Source of the DNA: Octopus sinensis
Lineage: Eukaryota
NCBI RefSeq assembly: GCF_006345805.1
Contig: NC_042997.1
Span: forward strand, 806,001-870,000
Reading direction: 5' to 3'
DNA: 64,000 nucleotides
Shown: one piece after another, positions 37,000-50,989 of the stretch
How the letters are laid out: every line of letters starts with the position of its first letter
Position numbering within the stretch: the stretch's first letter is position 1
Made by a program: the position numbers and the translations under genes
Notes under the pieces: generated by a model
Told to the model about the DNA's origin: nothing
Database searches by the model: none
The model's input: the letters and a program-made list of their open reading frames with translations, nothing else

Positions 37000-37530
37000 A
37001 TTAATAAATAAATAAAACATAAGCATATATACATACATATATGTACGTACCTACCTCTACATGTATGTATACATGCATATATGGGTACAGGACACCAAAA
37101 AACGTCGAACACAATGAGAAACGAAAACATAAACAAAAAACCAAGAAAATGGACATCTTTTTAAAACAACGAAAAGTTGTACAGCACATACAAAACAAGG
37201 AAAATTCCCCTTCTTCAGTCGCCTTAATTTCATCTACTCCACGTTTCGAAGGTCAAAGCGATACATGACTTCGATGAAAATTTCCTTCCCGCGAAAATCA
37301 AATTAAATAAAATTTGAGATTTTTTTGCGGAGGGGTAAATATGGTAACAAAAACAGGACAGTAACGACAGTAGAAAATATAAACAGTAAAAAACAGGACA
37401 CGGAGAATAACAGTAACACAAACAAGAAGGGCTGTTAAGCCAAACGAGATAAAAATTTTTTACGAACGCTATTGTTTTAGAACGGCAGAGCGCAACAGAT
37501 TTTACCGTCTCTACTTGAAGGAGGCCAGGA
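37000..37530 (-). mobile_element. PLE-type terminal (pseudo-LTR-like) repeat, related to 62760-62890
   Basis: Shares TTCGAAAYGTGRAGTAGATRAAA..ACTGAWGAAG (37210-37250) and GTCCTGTACCCATATATGCATG (37072-37093) with the 62.8-kb copy. Confidence 0.55.
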
Positions 37531-37547
37531 GAAGAAAGACAGAAATA

Positions 37548-37612
<65 letters not shown>

Positions 37613-37649
37613 TGTATGTTTGTGTGTGTGTGTGTGTGTGTTTGTGTTT

Positions 37650-37835
37650 GATTTTGTCCACATCCACCGCTTGGCAACCAGTGCTGGTGTGTTTACGTGC
37701 ACGTAGGTTAGCATTTCGTCAAAAGATACCGATATAAGAATTACCAGGCTTGAAAAAAATAATGAGTACTGGAGTCAGGTCATTCCACAAAAATTCTTCA
37801 AGGCGGTGCTCAGCATAGTTGCAGCCTGATGACTA
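37650..37835 (+). mobile_element. SINE 3' half (51304-type family)
   Basis: CCGCTTGGCAACCAGTGCTGGTGTGTTTACGT..GGCGGTGCTCAGCAT. Confidence 0.75.
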
Positions 37836-37854
37836 GTGAAAGAACACACACACT

Positions 37855-38220
37855 TGACTACCAATCACATGGCTCCGGGTTCAGTCCCACTGCGCGGCAC
37901 CTTAATGTATAAATTCAGGCCGGCCAAAGCCTTGTGAGTGGACTTGGTAGGCGGAAACTGGAAGAGCCCGTCGTATATGTGAGCGTGCATGCGTGTGTGT
38001 GTCTGTGTGTATGTGTGTGTTTACGTTTGTGTTTTTTCCTCAGCCATCGCTTGACAACCGATGTTGGTGTGTTTACGTCCCCGTAACTTAGTGGTTCGTC
38101 AAACACGAGACCGATAGGATAAGTACTAGGCTTACAAAGAATAAGTTCTGAGGTCTATTTGTTCGACTAAAGGCTGTGCTCCAGCATGGCCGCAGCCTGA
38201 AATATATAAAAGAATAAAGG
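37855..38220 (+). mobile_element. SINE (51304-type family), internally deleted
   Basis: CCGGGTTCAGTCCCACTGCGCGGCACCTT..GCTCCAGCATGGCCGCAG. Confidence 0.85.
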
Positions 38221-38694
38221 GATGTATATATATATATATATATATATATAAAACTTAGATAAAACTTAGATATGTTTCGACCAGAGATTGGTCCAGGCCA
38301 TGTCTAACTTAATAGCACCACCTGATAGGATTATTCGAATCCTGTTTAAGTCTATATATATATATATATATATATATTATGTGGGTTCACATAATATATA
38401 TAATACATATATAGCTAGGATTATACAGCCCACGCCAGCAGCCCTCGACTGATCCAGAGTTACCCGCCGTGGGCAGGAAGGCTGCAACAAGAATTACATC
38501 GATTAATCAACGTCATACCGAGTCACGAAAGAGTAGAGAAGCCGAACATAATTCTGTACACACACACACACACACACACGCAGAGGTGTGTGTGTTTGTA
38601 TCTACGTATGTGTATATAATATATATAAATATATATATATATATAATATATATATATATATATGTTCACATACATATATATAATGTATTTGCTG

Positions 38695-38744
<50 letters not shown>

Positions 38745-38763
38745 AGATTTAATAATAATAATG

Positions 38764-38816
<53 letters not shown>

Positions 38817-39060
38817 GAGTTATATCAAATGTACAGCAACAAAGATAGTAATGATAGAAATCAAAGAGAGACTGCCTCATGTGAACGAAACTGTTTGGTA
38901 GCTCACCGTGAAGTCATGGAATATCTTAAATAATAGAAAAAATATCATAGAAATGTCATCCTGTTAGCAACCATAATTTCATTACAAACAATCGCATCGG
39001 AATGACGAAGATTGTACACACTACTACCCCGACCGCCGCTACTACTAAATACTCTTCCTC

Positions 39061-39157
39061 ATGATCAACATGGTCGTCGTCATCGTGGTTGTCTTCATCA
39101 TAATCACCGACTGTAGCTTCAGTGACAATGCTAGTACCAGCTGCAGTAGCAGTGCCC

Positions 39158-39205
<48 letters not shown>

Positions 39206-39398
39206 CCATCATCATCATCACCATCCTCCTCCTCATCCTCCTCCTCCTCATCATCATCATCATCATCACCATGATGATGATGATCATCATCATCACCATC
39301 ATCATCATCAGCATCACCACCATCATCATCACCATCATCATCCCCCTCATCCTTCTCATCCTCCTCATCACCATCATCATCACCATCATCACCACCAC

Positions 39399-39431
<33 letters not shown>

Positions 39432-39436
39432 CATCC

Positions 39437-39480
<44 letters not shown>

Positions 39481-39500
39481 GTCACCACCATCGTCAACAT
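39061..39500. repeat. Long (CAT)n/(CCT)n compound microsatellite
   Basis: Direct reading; source of the poly-I and poly-M pseudo-ORFs. Confidence 0.97.
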
Positions 39501-39889
39501 TGTCACCACCACCACCTGCAACAGCAACGACAGCAGCATAGAAAGCACCAGGAAGGTTGCAGTATCATTAAAAGACATATAAAGTAAATAAACATGTTGA
39601 GAAACAGAACATCTAGATCATGGCCTTAGGACAGATATGATAGTTGAATTAAAAATGCGATAGAAAGAAAAAAAAAACGTCTTCCCTGTATATTTGATAA
39701 TCGTTATTAATTAGTCGGTGCCACCTTGTCTATACATCGATACACTTAGTCTTTCCAATAAACTTGTATGAAACGAAACACTTGAGCATCTTATTTATGC
39801 TGGAGGACACACGGAACGAGTCTCAATAACAATTTTAAAACACATCAAGGAAACATCTACATAGTATTAATTTTAGTTCTACAATAACA

Positions 39890-39892
39890 ACA

Positions 39893-39947
<55 letters not shown>

Positions 39948-40097
39948 GTGCTACTACTACTACATCCATTATAATAGTAATTGTCGTAGTAGTAATAGTA
40001 GTAGTAGTAGTACTACTACTACTAGTAATAGTAATAATAAAAGTATTAGAATTAGAATTGGTAGTAGTAGTAGTAGTATTAGTATTAGTAGTGGTAT

Positions 40098-40152
<55 letters not shown>
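39890..40152. repeat. Opposed (CTA)n and (TAG)n tracts
   Basis: Direct reading; perfect 26-bp palindrome at 39999-40024. Confidence 0.85.
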
Positions 40153-40153
<1 letters not shown>

Positions 40154-43100
40154 TAATACCTCTTTATTGAGAAAATACAAGTTTATAACCTATATTTCAA
40201 AGGATGTTCAAAAGAATTGTCTACTCAAAATGAACAGGCTAAATGGCATAGATGTAGCACGATATAGGAAAAGTGGTTATAACATTGTTAGAAGAAGCAA
40301 ACGTAACGGAATCCACCTACCTACTCAACGGTAAAACCTCCCACGCAGCGTGGGTTACAAGCATTCCGAAACTGGTTCCATTGAATGTGTCTATGACTAT
40401 TTTATGCCCCATTCCACCGTGAAAATCTCACAACCTGTAACCCGTGATATCTCAGCTATCGATTGACTCCTGATATGTTGTTTATCAAACATCTATTCTT
40501 TCGGGGCGCATTTTACTCTAATACCCAATTTTATTTTAGCCATATTCGATTTCTGTGTTGCCTGGATAATCACGAATACATGTTTCTTAATTTTCACTTT
40601 TGAGTTCACCATAAATTTCATGCACTATGCGTATGTTCGCAACTTCCTGTGAGAACATTTCAGCTTCTTGCCTTCCTTTTGCTGGGTTCATTTTTGTTTA
40701 TTGCAATAATCCCTTTTTTTTTTACTGACATAAACAAATTTCTATCTATCCCCATGGTTTATTCCAACACATGGGGTTTGTACTTCAACTCTGGCGATTG
40801 GTGTTGTGCTTGATGAAGAGGTCACTTAAATTTTCAGACGGTCCTCGGCGCCGCTTGTACAAACATACTAAAAGTAATATTCTAATTATTTCAGGTGTAG
40901 CTACTAAAAGTGCTAACAACACCTGTGCTCTCCACATCTATAGGTCTGGGATAATATTTTAGTCATCGAGTGGGTGGGGTGTTAAGTTATCAAAACATAG
41001 AAATCTACACGAATCTCAGTCAATCAAACTAATCTCTAATTACCTCCACGGTCACTACATGCTCCTGCTGTTGCCCGAAGTTGAAAGCAACCTAATAGGC
41101 GAAAGTTTGTTCTAATTTTGGCATTACTGAGATCCAAGTTCACGGTTACCAATTTATTGGCATGTGTATACATCATCAGCATTGTCAATCCCCAAGTCCG
41201 ATTCTCGCTTAAAGACTAACCACAAATTTCTGTATACCTTGTTCTGGGCAGGTAACCTATATGGCTGCGTGTCGGTTAAAACTTTTACCATTTATTTTTT
41301 CATACGCGGACATTTATCTCTTCTTTGCAAACAGATGCATTACATTTCTTCTTTTGCATTTCTAGATAAATTCATCACCAAGGAAGCATTATCTTTAGTA
41401 ACGTATCGCATACACGCTCTCCGTGTTCTTTAGCTGTCTTATACTCACTCACTCTTTTGGAAGGAATAATGCTGTGTTTGGTGACTGCTATCCTTGCAAC
41501 TATTCACGACTACTATGAGATAATTAATCTAATCTACTAAATTATTCCTCTTCGTTAAACGGGCATTTAGACATTGCGCAGTAATTTATGAAAACAATAC
41601 CATAATATATTTATGAGAGAGCTTCCGTTATCACATGCTAATATTGCTATAAATATATTTGTAGCCTCGTCTTTCGAAATTCTCAAAATAGATCGCAGTG
41701 GAACTTTTTGGAAATTATAACTTGATTTCAAATTATTTTCATCTTGACTTATTCACATTCCAATTTAGTTTAGTAATATTTCAACCGTCAATATTTCATA
41801 TCTACTATTACTTTAAAAATACTTCCAGTATAGACTAGTCCTGATGCCCCACACATTATTAAGCATTTTCTGTCTTTTGTGATGTTTTTTTTCCCCTTTG
41901 CGAGTGTAGAAATACAATGCAATGAAGTTAATATATATTTTTTTTCAGAGACATCTACTGAGCTTAAAATATCTTCTTACTATCGATTTCACTGTGTTGC
42001 GTGCATCAGTGTGATTACTTCGTGTTACGATGATAAAGTATTTACTATTTTCGAAACAGGCGGTCAAATGTTTCACTTAAGCGCCCCAGATTCATTCCTA
42101 TAAAAGGCATAGAGTGCTTTTAATGAAATACAGACAATAGCATTCGGGAAAAGGAATAGGCAGGGCTTGTATGTCTATTTAAATGAAGCCACAATATATA
42201 GTAAGACGAAAAACGAACATAAAATCTGTATCCAAAGTCTTAAAATTTACTCGTAATTTTAATACGCCGATGAATGACCATAAATATACATTTTCATTTA
42301 AATCTCTCAATGGTATCGTTTATCAAATTAGCCATAACGAAATGCATCCTGACGACTCCTGTTTAACTCCACTTAAATTAACAATATTTGTCTGATACGA
42401 CGTGCTAATTCGCTTATCATTTCCTATTTATTATTCGCTTTTCTGAAAGAATAAATCATTTAATGAAGCTCATATTCCGTTCTAAGAGGAAGCTGTAATG
42501 GAAATCAACTACTGGGAAACAATTATTAGGGGATATCTGAAAGTTAAATAGACTGGTATGCAATGTTTATCATTGAAAAGAATGACTTGAACACCGTAAT
42601 CAGAGCTACTGGGCTGAAACGATTTATTATACCTATAACGTTCTTTACATGGTCAGTAAATTCTGGCAAGAAAAAACCATTGTGTAATAGAAATAGACGT
42701 CTACACTTTGACCGAGTCTGTCAAAAAGTGGCGAAAGTTTCTTTCGAAAAGCAAACAATTTAACGTGGTGATTGATTAGAGACCTGCAATTTATGTCTGA
42801 TATAAAAACAAGAGTAAGAGGAAAATTACGATACGTTCGCGCTGACGAATAGGAATTTTGCCATTGTATGATGGATTGTCATTTCAATCTGCATCTCGTA
42901 ATTCTTGACGCCAATGCACTATTGCACATTTGTTGTGGTGTTCCGTACTCTCTTAGTACGTTACGTTTTCTCTGCATTACCATCATCTTCAAGTGATACC
43001 ATTTGAATTTTATCGATGAATATTTTCCTTTCGCGTTATGTTTTCCTTTGTCGTCTGTTTGCCGAATTTTCAATTTTCAGTTTACCTTCCTAATTTCTTT

Positions 43101-44606
43101 CAAACTAAAGTATTCATTGCATGGCAGCGTCTTTCAGCTAGCCGCTCTATATCATACCACCGTACTACAAATAGTTTGTTATATATATCATCTAAATAAT
43201 TGAGACTTAGTTTTAGAATTTAAACATTTGTCTAACTCAATTAGGGATCTTTTCTGGTATCATGCATTCGATCTGTTCCCTCTACACATAAATACACAAA
43301 TACTCATGGACCGCTCTTCGTCCTTATCGGAAAAGAAAACAACATCTACAGGAATGAGAAAAGACAAGCTGCCTTACTACAGCATTCAAAATGTGAAATA
43401 TGGGAATCAAATCCACAATACTCTCAAATTTGGTATTAAGTTATGCATTTTCGATCATTATTTAACATTACCTATATTCCTGAAAATTGTATGTGACCTG
43501 GATTCTTAAGACTCAACTTGATGAAACATCGAAGCAGTTACTACTCACATTAACAGACCAAATGAAAGATACACTGGCATTGGAATATTTTACATTACGA
43601 TTATTACTTTAAATGTTAAAATCGCTGATAGTTTGTTCAGATGCCACTTCACGCGCGCAGTTTTATATACTCGCTGGGAGAAGAATTATTTTCATGCGTT
43701 TATGTAAATACTATTAAATTTTAATAATACTAGCAATTATTAAATAACATCAAGATGATACAGTTGCTTATTAAAGATAAAATCTATACAATCCCCGAGT
43801 ACGCATATGTCACTGGAAATCTCAGTATCATATTTCCCAATTAAAATTTATATTTATATATATTTCAGTAAGGCAACGAATAGTTTCAAAGCATATAAGC
43901 ACTCTTTCATATCTTGAAAAAGAACCACATATGTTGTCATTCTATAACATACTAGAGAAATTAGTTTTAAAAGAAGTAAAGTGTTATCATGTCATCATTT
44001 TAATGGAATCATGGTAAATTTAATCCTATTACAAAAAATATTATTTTATAATATTTTTTTCAGTTTTGGCAATACGCTAATGCCCATGCAGTGTTACTAA
44101 TTCGGTAAGTTCTTTTTAATTATTGAGAAATACATCAAATTGACGACGTTCACACTCGATCACACACATACACACACATTTACCCACACACAAACACACA
44201 TACTCACACACACACATGTGTATAATTTAATGTATACAGTTTACAGTTACGAATTATTATTATTTTCTTGTATTGCAGATTGTAGTCTGGGGAATTTTTA
44301 AAACGCCTTGTGTCTCCAAGCAATTATTGGCTTCTGAGCACATGGCCTATATAATTTGCAAATCAGTATACTAGAACGAGAGAATTCAAAAGGTGGATGG
44401 ATGAAAACGAGAGGAAAAGAAAAGAGAAAAGAAAACAGGAAAATATATTTAGTGCCCTTTTGACAGTTACGCTAGCTGTAGAATAAATCAACGGAGATGG
44501 GCCCAAAATATGCGATAGAACTGCTCTGGAGAGGGTGGTGTCCTCCAATTCGTCAAGTGAAATTTGTCCATGTTTTCACCAGATACAAACTTATGGAGGA
44601 AGGGAG

Positions 44607-44666
<60 letters not shown>

Positions 44667-46012
44667 CAGAATAGTGTAGGACAAAAGTGTCCCCAAAGCT
44701 GGAGAAAATGTCCTTTGAAGAAAATAATAATTTCACAAAAATAATACATACCTTACAGAGATTACTGCTCGAACTTTTTAAATCTCTACAAGAAGGAGCA
44801 ATCATCTGGATTACTGTCTTAAGCGTTTTCCTGTCTCAGTTGATTAAATAAATTTATTAATTTTTGATAATCACTTGGAGGCATTATGATAGTGACATAT
44901 CAACCGCAAATTCAATATGTACTGCATGTGCTTGTTACTTTAGAAGTGTTCTGCTGAACTGAATTTTGCATTGTCAATTTTAGTTTGCAACGTTTAGATT
45001 CATGTTCTTTTTTCAAGTTCATTGAGGATAATCTAATATACGCTATCATAATTTTCGAGTGTTCTTTCTATAATCACTTAAATCGTCATGTAATGATATA
45101 CCCTTATGCTTATGTCACATAGAATAATAACAAAAGTACTGAGTTACTTCTTTTGATTACTGTAATTTTGTATAATTACGAAATTCGTAATCTATCAGCT
45201 AAGCTAGTCACCATTCATTGAAATTTATGCTGCGCCTAGTGATTAGAGTGATGGCTAATTGGAGCTAGACATTCAAGACGTAGACAAAACATTTGGCAAG
45301 GAGTGGATCATATACACAAGATAGGGAGAAGAATTTGGTAAAATTACTGGGAACATAGTACCTAACAGATGACCTATGTTATTAGATTTTTAATCTAAAT
45401 CAATAGAAATTTATTCTTGTACATACAGTTCAACAGAACAAACCATGAACCTCGAAGGTAAATACAATATCGACATTTTTTCCACCCTTAAAAGAAAGCA
45501 GAGGAAAATAGAGCTAAAAGTTGTGTTTCTACTAGAGGAGGTACAGGATGCAACCACAAACATTTAACGACAATAAAAATTGGGGAAATGATACTAAAAT
45601 CTTTCAAAATGAGCCAGAATACAAGAGCAAAATATGATTTGAAAAATTTAAATACACAAACATAGCATCCAAATTTAAAACACCAATTCGGTGGAAATGA
45701 ACATTCTATAATATACAAATGTTCTTTCTCCATCATTTTCTCTCTATCTCAGTCTGTCTTTCTGTCTATCCGTCTATCTCTATAATTGTTAGATCAACCG
45801 TAAAAATAATACGCTTCTGGATTATGCAACCAACGACTTGGAATATATGATATTAAAGTTATCCTTATTATCCCTCTTAACAAATGCAAGCTAAATGTTA
45901 TCAATACAGAGGAAGCTTTAGCTAAAGACCATCCATATAAATAATTAAAGAATATCTCAGCAGTAAAGAACATGTCAGAATAAGATAATATTTTTTAATA
46001 TTTTGTTTATTA

Positions 46013-46175
46013 AAGCAGCGAGCGGTATTACGTCTGTTTTTACGATTTGAGTTCAAATTCCGACTTTGCCTTTCATCCTTTCGGGCTCTATAAATTAAGT
46101 ACCAATTGCTTACTGGGGTCGATCTAATCGACAGGCCCTTCCCACCAAATTTCGAGCCTTGTGCTTAGAGTATAA
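46013..46175 (+). mobile_element. SINE, old tail type, deleted
   Basis: GAGTTCAAATTCC..GACTTTGCCTTTCATCCTTTCGGG..GGGGTCGATCTAATCGAC..CCTTGTGC. Confidence 0.85.
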
Positions 46176-47291
46176 TTTTTTTTTTATTGATACTCCCTGA
46201 GTAAAATGTTTCATGTAACACATCTTCCGGTCACTCAACAGATATTTAATATATGAGTCCTGAAGAAATTCGGGTGCATTAATGTCTCATCTATAACTTA
46301 GTAAATTGAAAGTCGTTCGTGTAGGACTATACTATTCGGATACTTCCTAATTATTTGGAGATACTAAATATGTATATCTAAGTCTCGAATTTGAATCTGT
46401 TTTAGGGCGAGATCTTTTATTCTAAATGTAATACACCTCACAAACGGGATTTCTATTATATATATCAATAGTTTAAGGTCTGCGCTTGTAAATTTATTTG
46501 ATGTTTTTCTATGTTTACATACTGCGTGTTGTTGCTTTGTAAAAGTGCTATTATTTTCTAATGTACATCAATCCCGCATCTGACCCGTGAATGACTAACT
46601 TGACCACGTCTGGTCAACATGAACCCAACCCTTTCCCAACGTATCTATTTTCAGTGGAGGATTTCAGTATGATACGTCACGCGAAAATTATGTTAGCACA
46701 TATCTTAGCCAATTACACAAATGCTATTGCAAAACCTATGATTTTAGCGGCACGCTCCTTTAGTAAAAGGCAGGGGGAGAATTAGGTACTCTTGAGTACA
46801 TTCCTATCCGCCTACACAATTCATCGGTTAAAAGAAAATAAATTCCGGGAACGAATAGCAAAATCCTGAAATACTTTACAAATCCTATTTCAAATTATGG
46901 ATGTGTTAAAATAAAACCGTTACGGAAAAAAATTACTGGAAACATTTGTAATTAACAATATACGTCTGCCCTTTGCAATAAAACATAATTCCATCCAAAT
47001 GAAAATCTTATTCAGTTAACGATTATTTTGCTTTTGACTTCAAACAGAATTCAACAGATATTTTTCTTTGATATCATTGACATTATACCAATTATAAAAT
47101 GAGTCCAAACTCTTAAACCTTACAATGCGGACATGGGTCGCTTGTAAATCTGTCCATCAAATGCGCAACGTTCTATTTGCAAAAACCTGATTTGCCGTAG
47201 TGGGACCCAAAATAAACGCAATTAATTTCATTTGCGTTACATCTCATTTTGCAACATCTTGTAAATAAGGTAACAAAATACATGTTTCTGC

Positions 47292-47490
47292 TTTAGGCAC
47301 AAGGCCCGAAATTTTGGGGGAGGGGTCCAGTCGATTAGATCGACCCCAGTTCGCAACTGGTATTTAATTTATCGACTCCGAAAGAATGAATGGCTAAGTC
47401 GGCCTCGACAGAATTTGAACTCACAACGTAACGGCAGACGAAATGCCGCTAAGCATTTCGCCCGGCGTGCTAACGATTCTGCCAGCTCGC
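47292..47490 (-). mobile_element. SINE, old tail type, full length
   Basis: Reverse complement has head GCGAGCTGGCAGAATCGTTAGCACGCCGGGCG and tail CCTTGTGCCTAA. Confidence 0.9.
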
Positions 47491-47545
47491 AGACGAAATA
47501 TATTCCCAGAGTTTCCGACAATTTTGCAGGAAACTTGGTTAATGA

Positions 47546-47586
<41 letters not shown>

Positions 47587-48049
47587 CACTACTACTACTA
47601 CTACTGCTGCTGCTGCTACTACTACTTACCTACACTCCTTGATTGTAGTATTTCTATCGAATAATCATATACCTTTTCCATTTCTTAGATTCGTAGACTA
47701 CAAAACATTCTTCTTGAATATTGATATTCACGAATAATACAATAAATTTAATTTATCATGTAATTTGTAAATTGTTTACCATTACTAATTTATTACACCT
47801 CTAATTCATTAAATTATTAATAATGTAAACATTTTTAATCTCTTGAATTTTGTTTTATGTGAGACAATATCACCCAGCGAAGAAAGTCTCCATGACAACG
47901 AATATGAAATTAAGTTGACTTTCAGAGGTGATTTGTCAAAATTATTTCGATTTATGATACTCAATCCGAAAATTCAGTTGAAAAGGAACAAAAAGAATAT
48001 CGTGTACATGCATTTTATATGATCGGCTAAAACATTCTCCAAGACTTCA

Positions 48050-49560
48050 TGACTTCAAACGTTATTGCAAAAGAGGGTAAGAATATTCCTAAGTTGAACG
48101 TTCACATGAAAGCAACGAAAAATTGTTCGAAAATTTAATAAAATGTACATTGAATATGAATTGCTTGTTAGTTGTTTTAGAGTGCAAAAAATTATTGTTG
48201 GAGACGTGTACTGTTCCCAAATGGTAAAGATTTATTCAATACTTATAATGATTTGATGAAAATAGATAAAGCAACGAAAAATCAAAACAAATTCCACAGT
48301 CACTTACAGACTATAATAACTAAAATGAAAATAAAATGAGGTTATAACTGAAAATATACCGAGTGATCAAAAGAGTAGTCACAGTAATCAATATAGTCAG
48401 TTTGTTAAAAGGAACGGAGATACCATGAAACTCTATATTGATACGGCGTTTTACTTAGAAAATAAAAGCAAACCAGTTGAGATCATCATAAAGTAATTTC
48501 TTCAGTAAACAAATTATATTGGATTTTTTCACTTCCTAAACAAAAATGGCGTTCAAGCTACGAAGCTTTGTTGACATTGCTGCAAGTTTCTCTTGAGTGC
48601 TTAACCCCATGCAAACTATTTCATAGAATCTGTCATATGTTATGCTTGACGAAATTCTTTAAAAAGTGTCTAAAACAACAAATAACAGGCGTTTTTCATT
48701 ATTTGTATAGTAAAATAGATATGTTATTCTTGGGGTTTGAAAACGTCTATTCATGACAGAATAGCGACAAAACTTTATTCATTGTTTACAAATAAATAAT
48801 TGTGAAATTAAGACATATGAGTGAATTTCTGTCGTGGTCAGGTTGTCGAATGACTGCAATGATAACTCAACCAGAAAGATAGGACTGCTTTAATCCTGCA
48901 ATGTTTTCCATAGACTAGATTTAGTTTCACCACAAGTAAAAATTAAAGCAACTTATTGCAATTTCTACAAAGAGAGCTCTTACACTTTGTCAAGAAGTGA
49001 CAAAATTGATCTTCTCAATACGTTATCTACTTCTTGGAATCATGAATTACTCGAGTTCAGTGTTTGACTGTAAAGTAACCATTAGCACTGCATTGCAAAA
49101 GATGAGAGATCCTGAAACTGAGTAGGATCACGAGTCACATGATTTTGTAGATGCATTTTAATATATGCTTTCTCTTAAACTTGTATGTATGATATATAGT
49201 ACTTGGTATAATGGAACTAAACTTCATGATATTGTAACTTGTGCGAAAAATAAATGATCTTTGTCTGTGAACCAGAAGTGAGATGAATTTGAGAGCATTT
49301 GGGAATGAAGAAAAAACAGTGATTACTTAAATAAACTTGAAGACAAGTACTCGGAGACGAGTTGTAGAAGATGATGTAGAAATATGAGATGACATTTATC
49401 TAGGCATATAATCCAAAGTCTTTTGCTTTCTTTCTTATTCTTTCAATTTAGAAGACCATTTGTAGAACATGCATTCTCATTATGGAAATGTATCCATCAT
49501 AAGCTCTTTATTATATTATGTGGAAGATCTAATAAGGAAAATTAGAGGTAGTTCCACCTC
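48050..49560 (+). mobile_element. Possible hAT transposase relic
   Basis: Weak TLSTSWN (TRWNS-like, ~49020) and FVEHAFSLWK (VERxFS-like, ~49460) translations only. Confidence 0.3.
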
Positions 49561-50648
49561 ATTATGGAGTTGATTTCACGATTTTATCTGGTATGAGTTT
49601 TCGAGTTATTGGAATGAAACATACTAAATACAAAATATTTGTCTAATGAGAACTTTGCGTCATTTTTATAGTACTTCGGTTTTCTCTTAAAGGATACCTC
49701 AAGCTACTACAAATTAATAAGTTTCGCATACAGCCAACAGCTACAATTACGCTTTCAAATGGTGCATAGAATAATGCTTGAGTAAGTAGTTGGCCACCTC
49801 CCTGTAGATGATGAATAAACTCTAGATAAAACAAGACAGGAATTTGGGATTAACCCATCTATGCCCGATGTCGGCTATACATTCCATTGAAGGTGTTAGC
49901 GTTACCACATGGCAGATTAAGCGCATCTCTATATAACACTGCCTTAGAAAGGCAAACATCTCTTAGTGGGAAAAGTAGCTAAACTTTAGTAAATGCTGGT
50001 GGTTACTATGATTAAGGCAGCAAAGATATATATTCTCAGATGTAACATGTAATCCTGATATAAGTTCTATCTAAAAGCTAACCTTAAAATAACGTATCTT
50101 GAAATCTTTGTGATATTTGAAAAACGGTGCTTTGAAAAAAGATTCTTTGAAAGTGATACAAACTTCATTGTCAGATTAAATTCTCGCTGAAGCCATATAT
50201 GCCCGTAGTCTCATTATCATGACGAAGTGCTGCTGTGTTATATATTTCCCTGATGAATCATGAGTTAAAATCTCTCCACCTTATGCGCGTGACTAATTTT
50301 CTAACTGTTGCTGGTAGTCATTCGAATACATGCTCATGTATAGATATTTCGTTTGGGTTTCTATGTGTATGGTGATGGCATGGCTTTAAGACTAATACGA
50401 TATCTAGAAAATGAGCTGTCAAAAGTACTTGTATACATAAGCCTCACACGTTTTCATATGTGTATATGCATATATATATATATATGTTTATAAATACATA
50501 CATATATATTCATATATATGTGTGTGTGTGTGTTGTGTGTGTATGTGTGTCTATATGTGTGTGTGTATATATGTATATATATATATATGTATGTATAAGT
50601 GTGCGTGTGCATTCGACACTTTTGTATATGTATATTTATATATATATA

Positions 50649-50698
<50 letters not shown>

Positions 50699-50738
50699 AT
50701 ATCGTCTTTTGTTTATTTTCGTAAATCTTCCCGTTCTT

Positions 50739-50793
<55 letters not shown>

Positions 50794-50824
50794 ATACATA
50801 GGTGCATATATAAGTATACATAAG

Positions 50825-50904
<80 letters not shown>

Positions 50905-50989
50905 TAAATTTCGTTCTAAACTATGTTTTAAAATTTACTTCACAATATATGGACTGTATTAAGAATTGCTCATTGCGAGCTAAATCAAA

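Noticed and set aside
38270-38320. Hammerhead-like GACCA-N5-TGGTC-GAAAC on the minus strand
   Set aside because: The CTGANGA core is absent (only CCTG remains) and I found no helix I, so it is at most a decayed PLE-type remnant.
39045-39582. 170-aa poly-Met and poly-Ile ORFs
   Set aside because: They come from a (CAT)n microsatellite, with no coding context or splice signals.
40771-40962. Possible small host exon near TTTTCAG...GTAAT
   Set aside because: There is no recognisable protein similarity and no partner exons; such splice-like words are common in AT-rich DNA.
41000-41500. Possible RTE-type RT C-terminal relic on the minus strand
   Set aside because: Only vague similarity; no diagnostic motif could be read in any frame.
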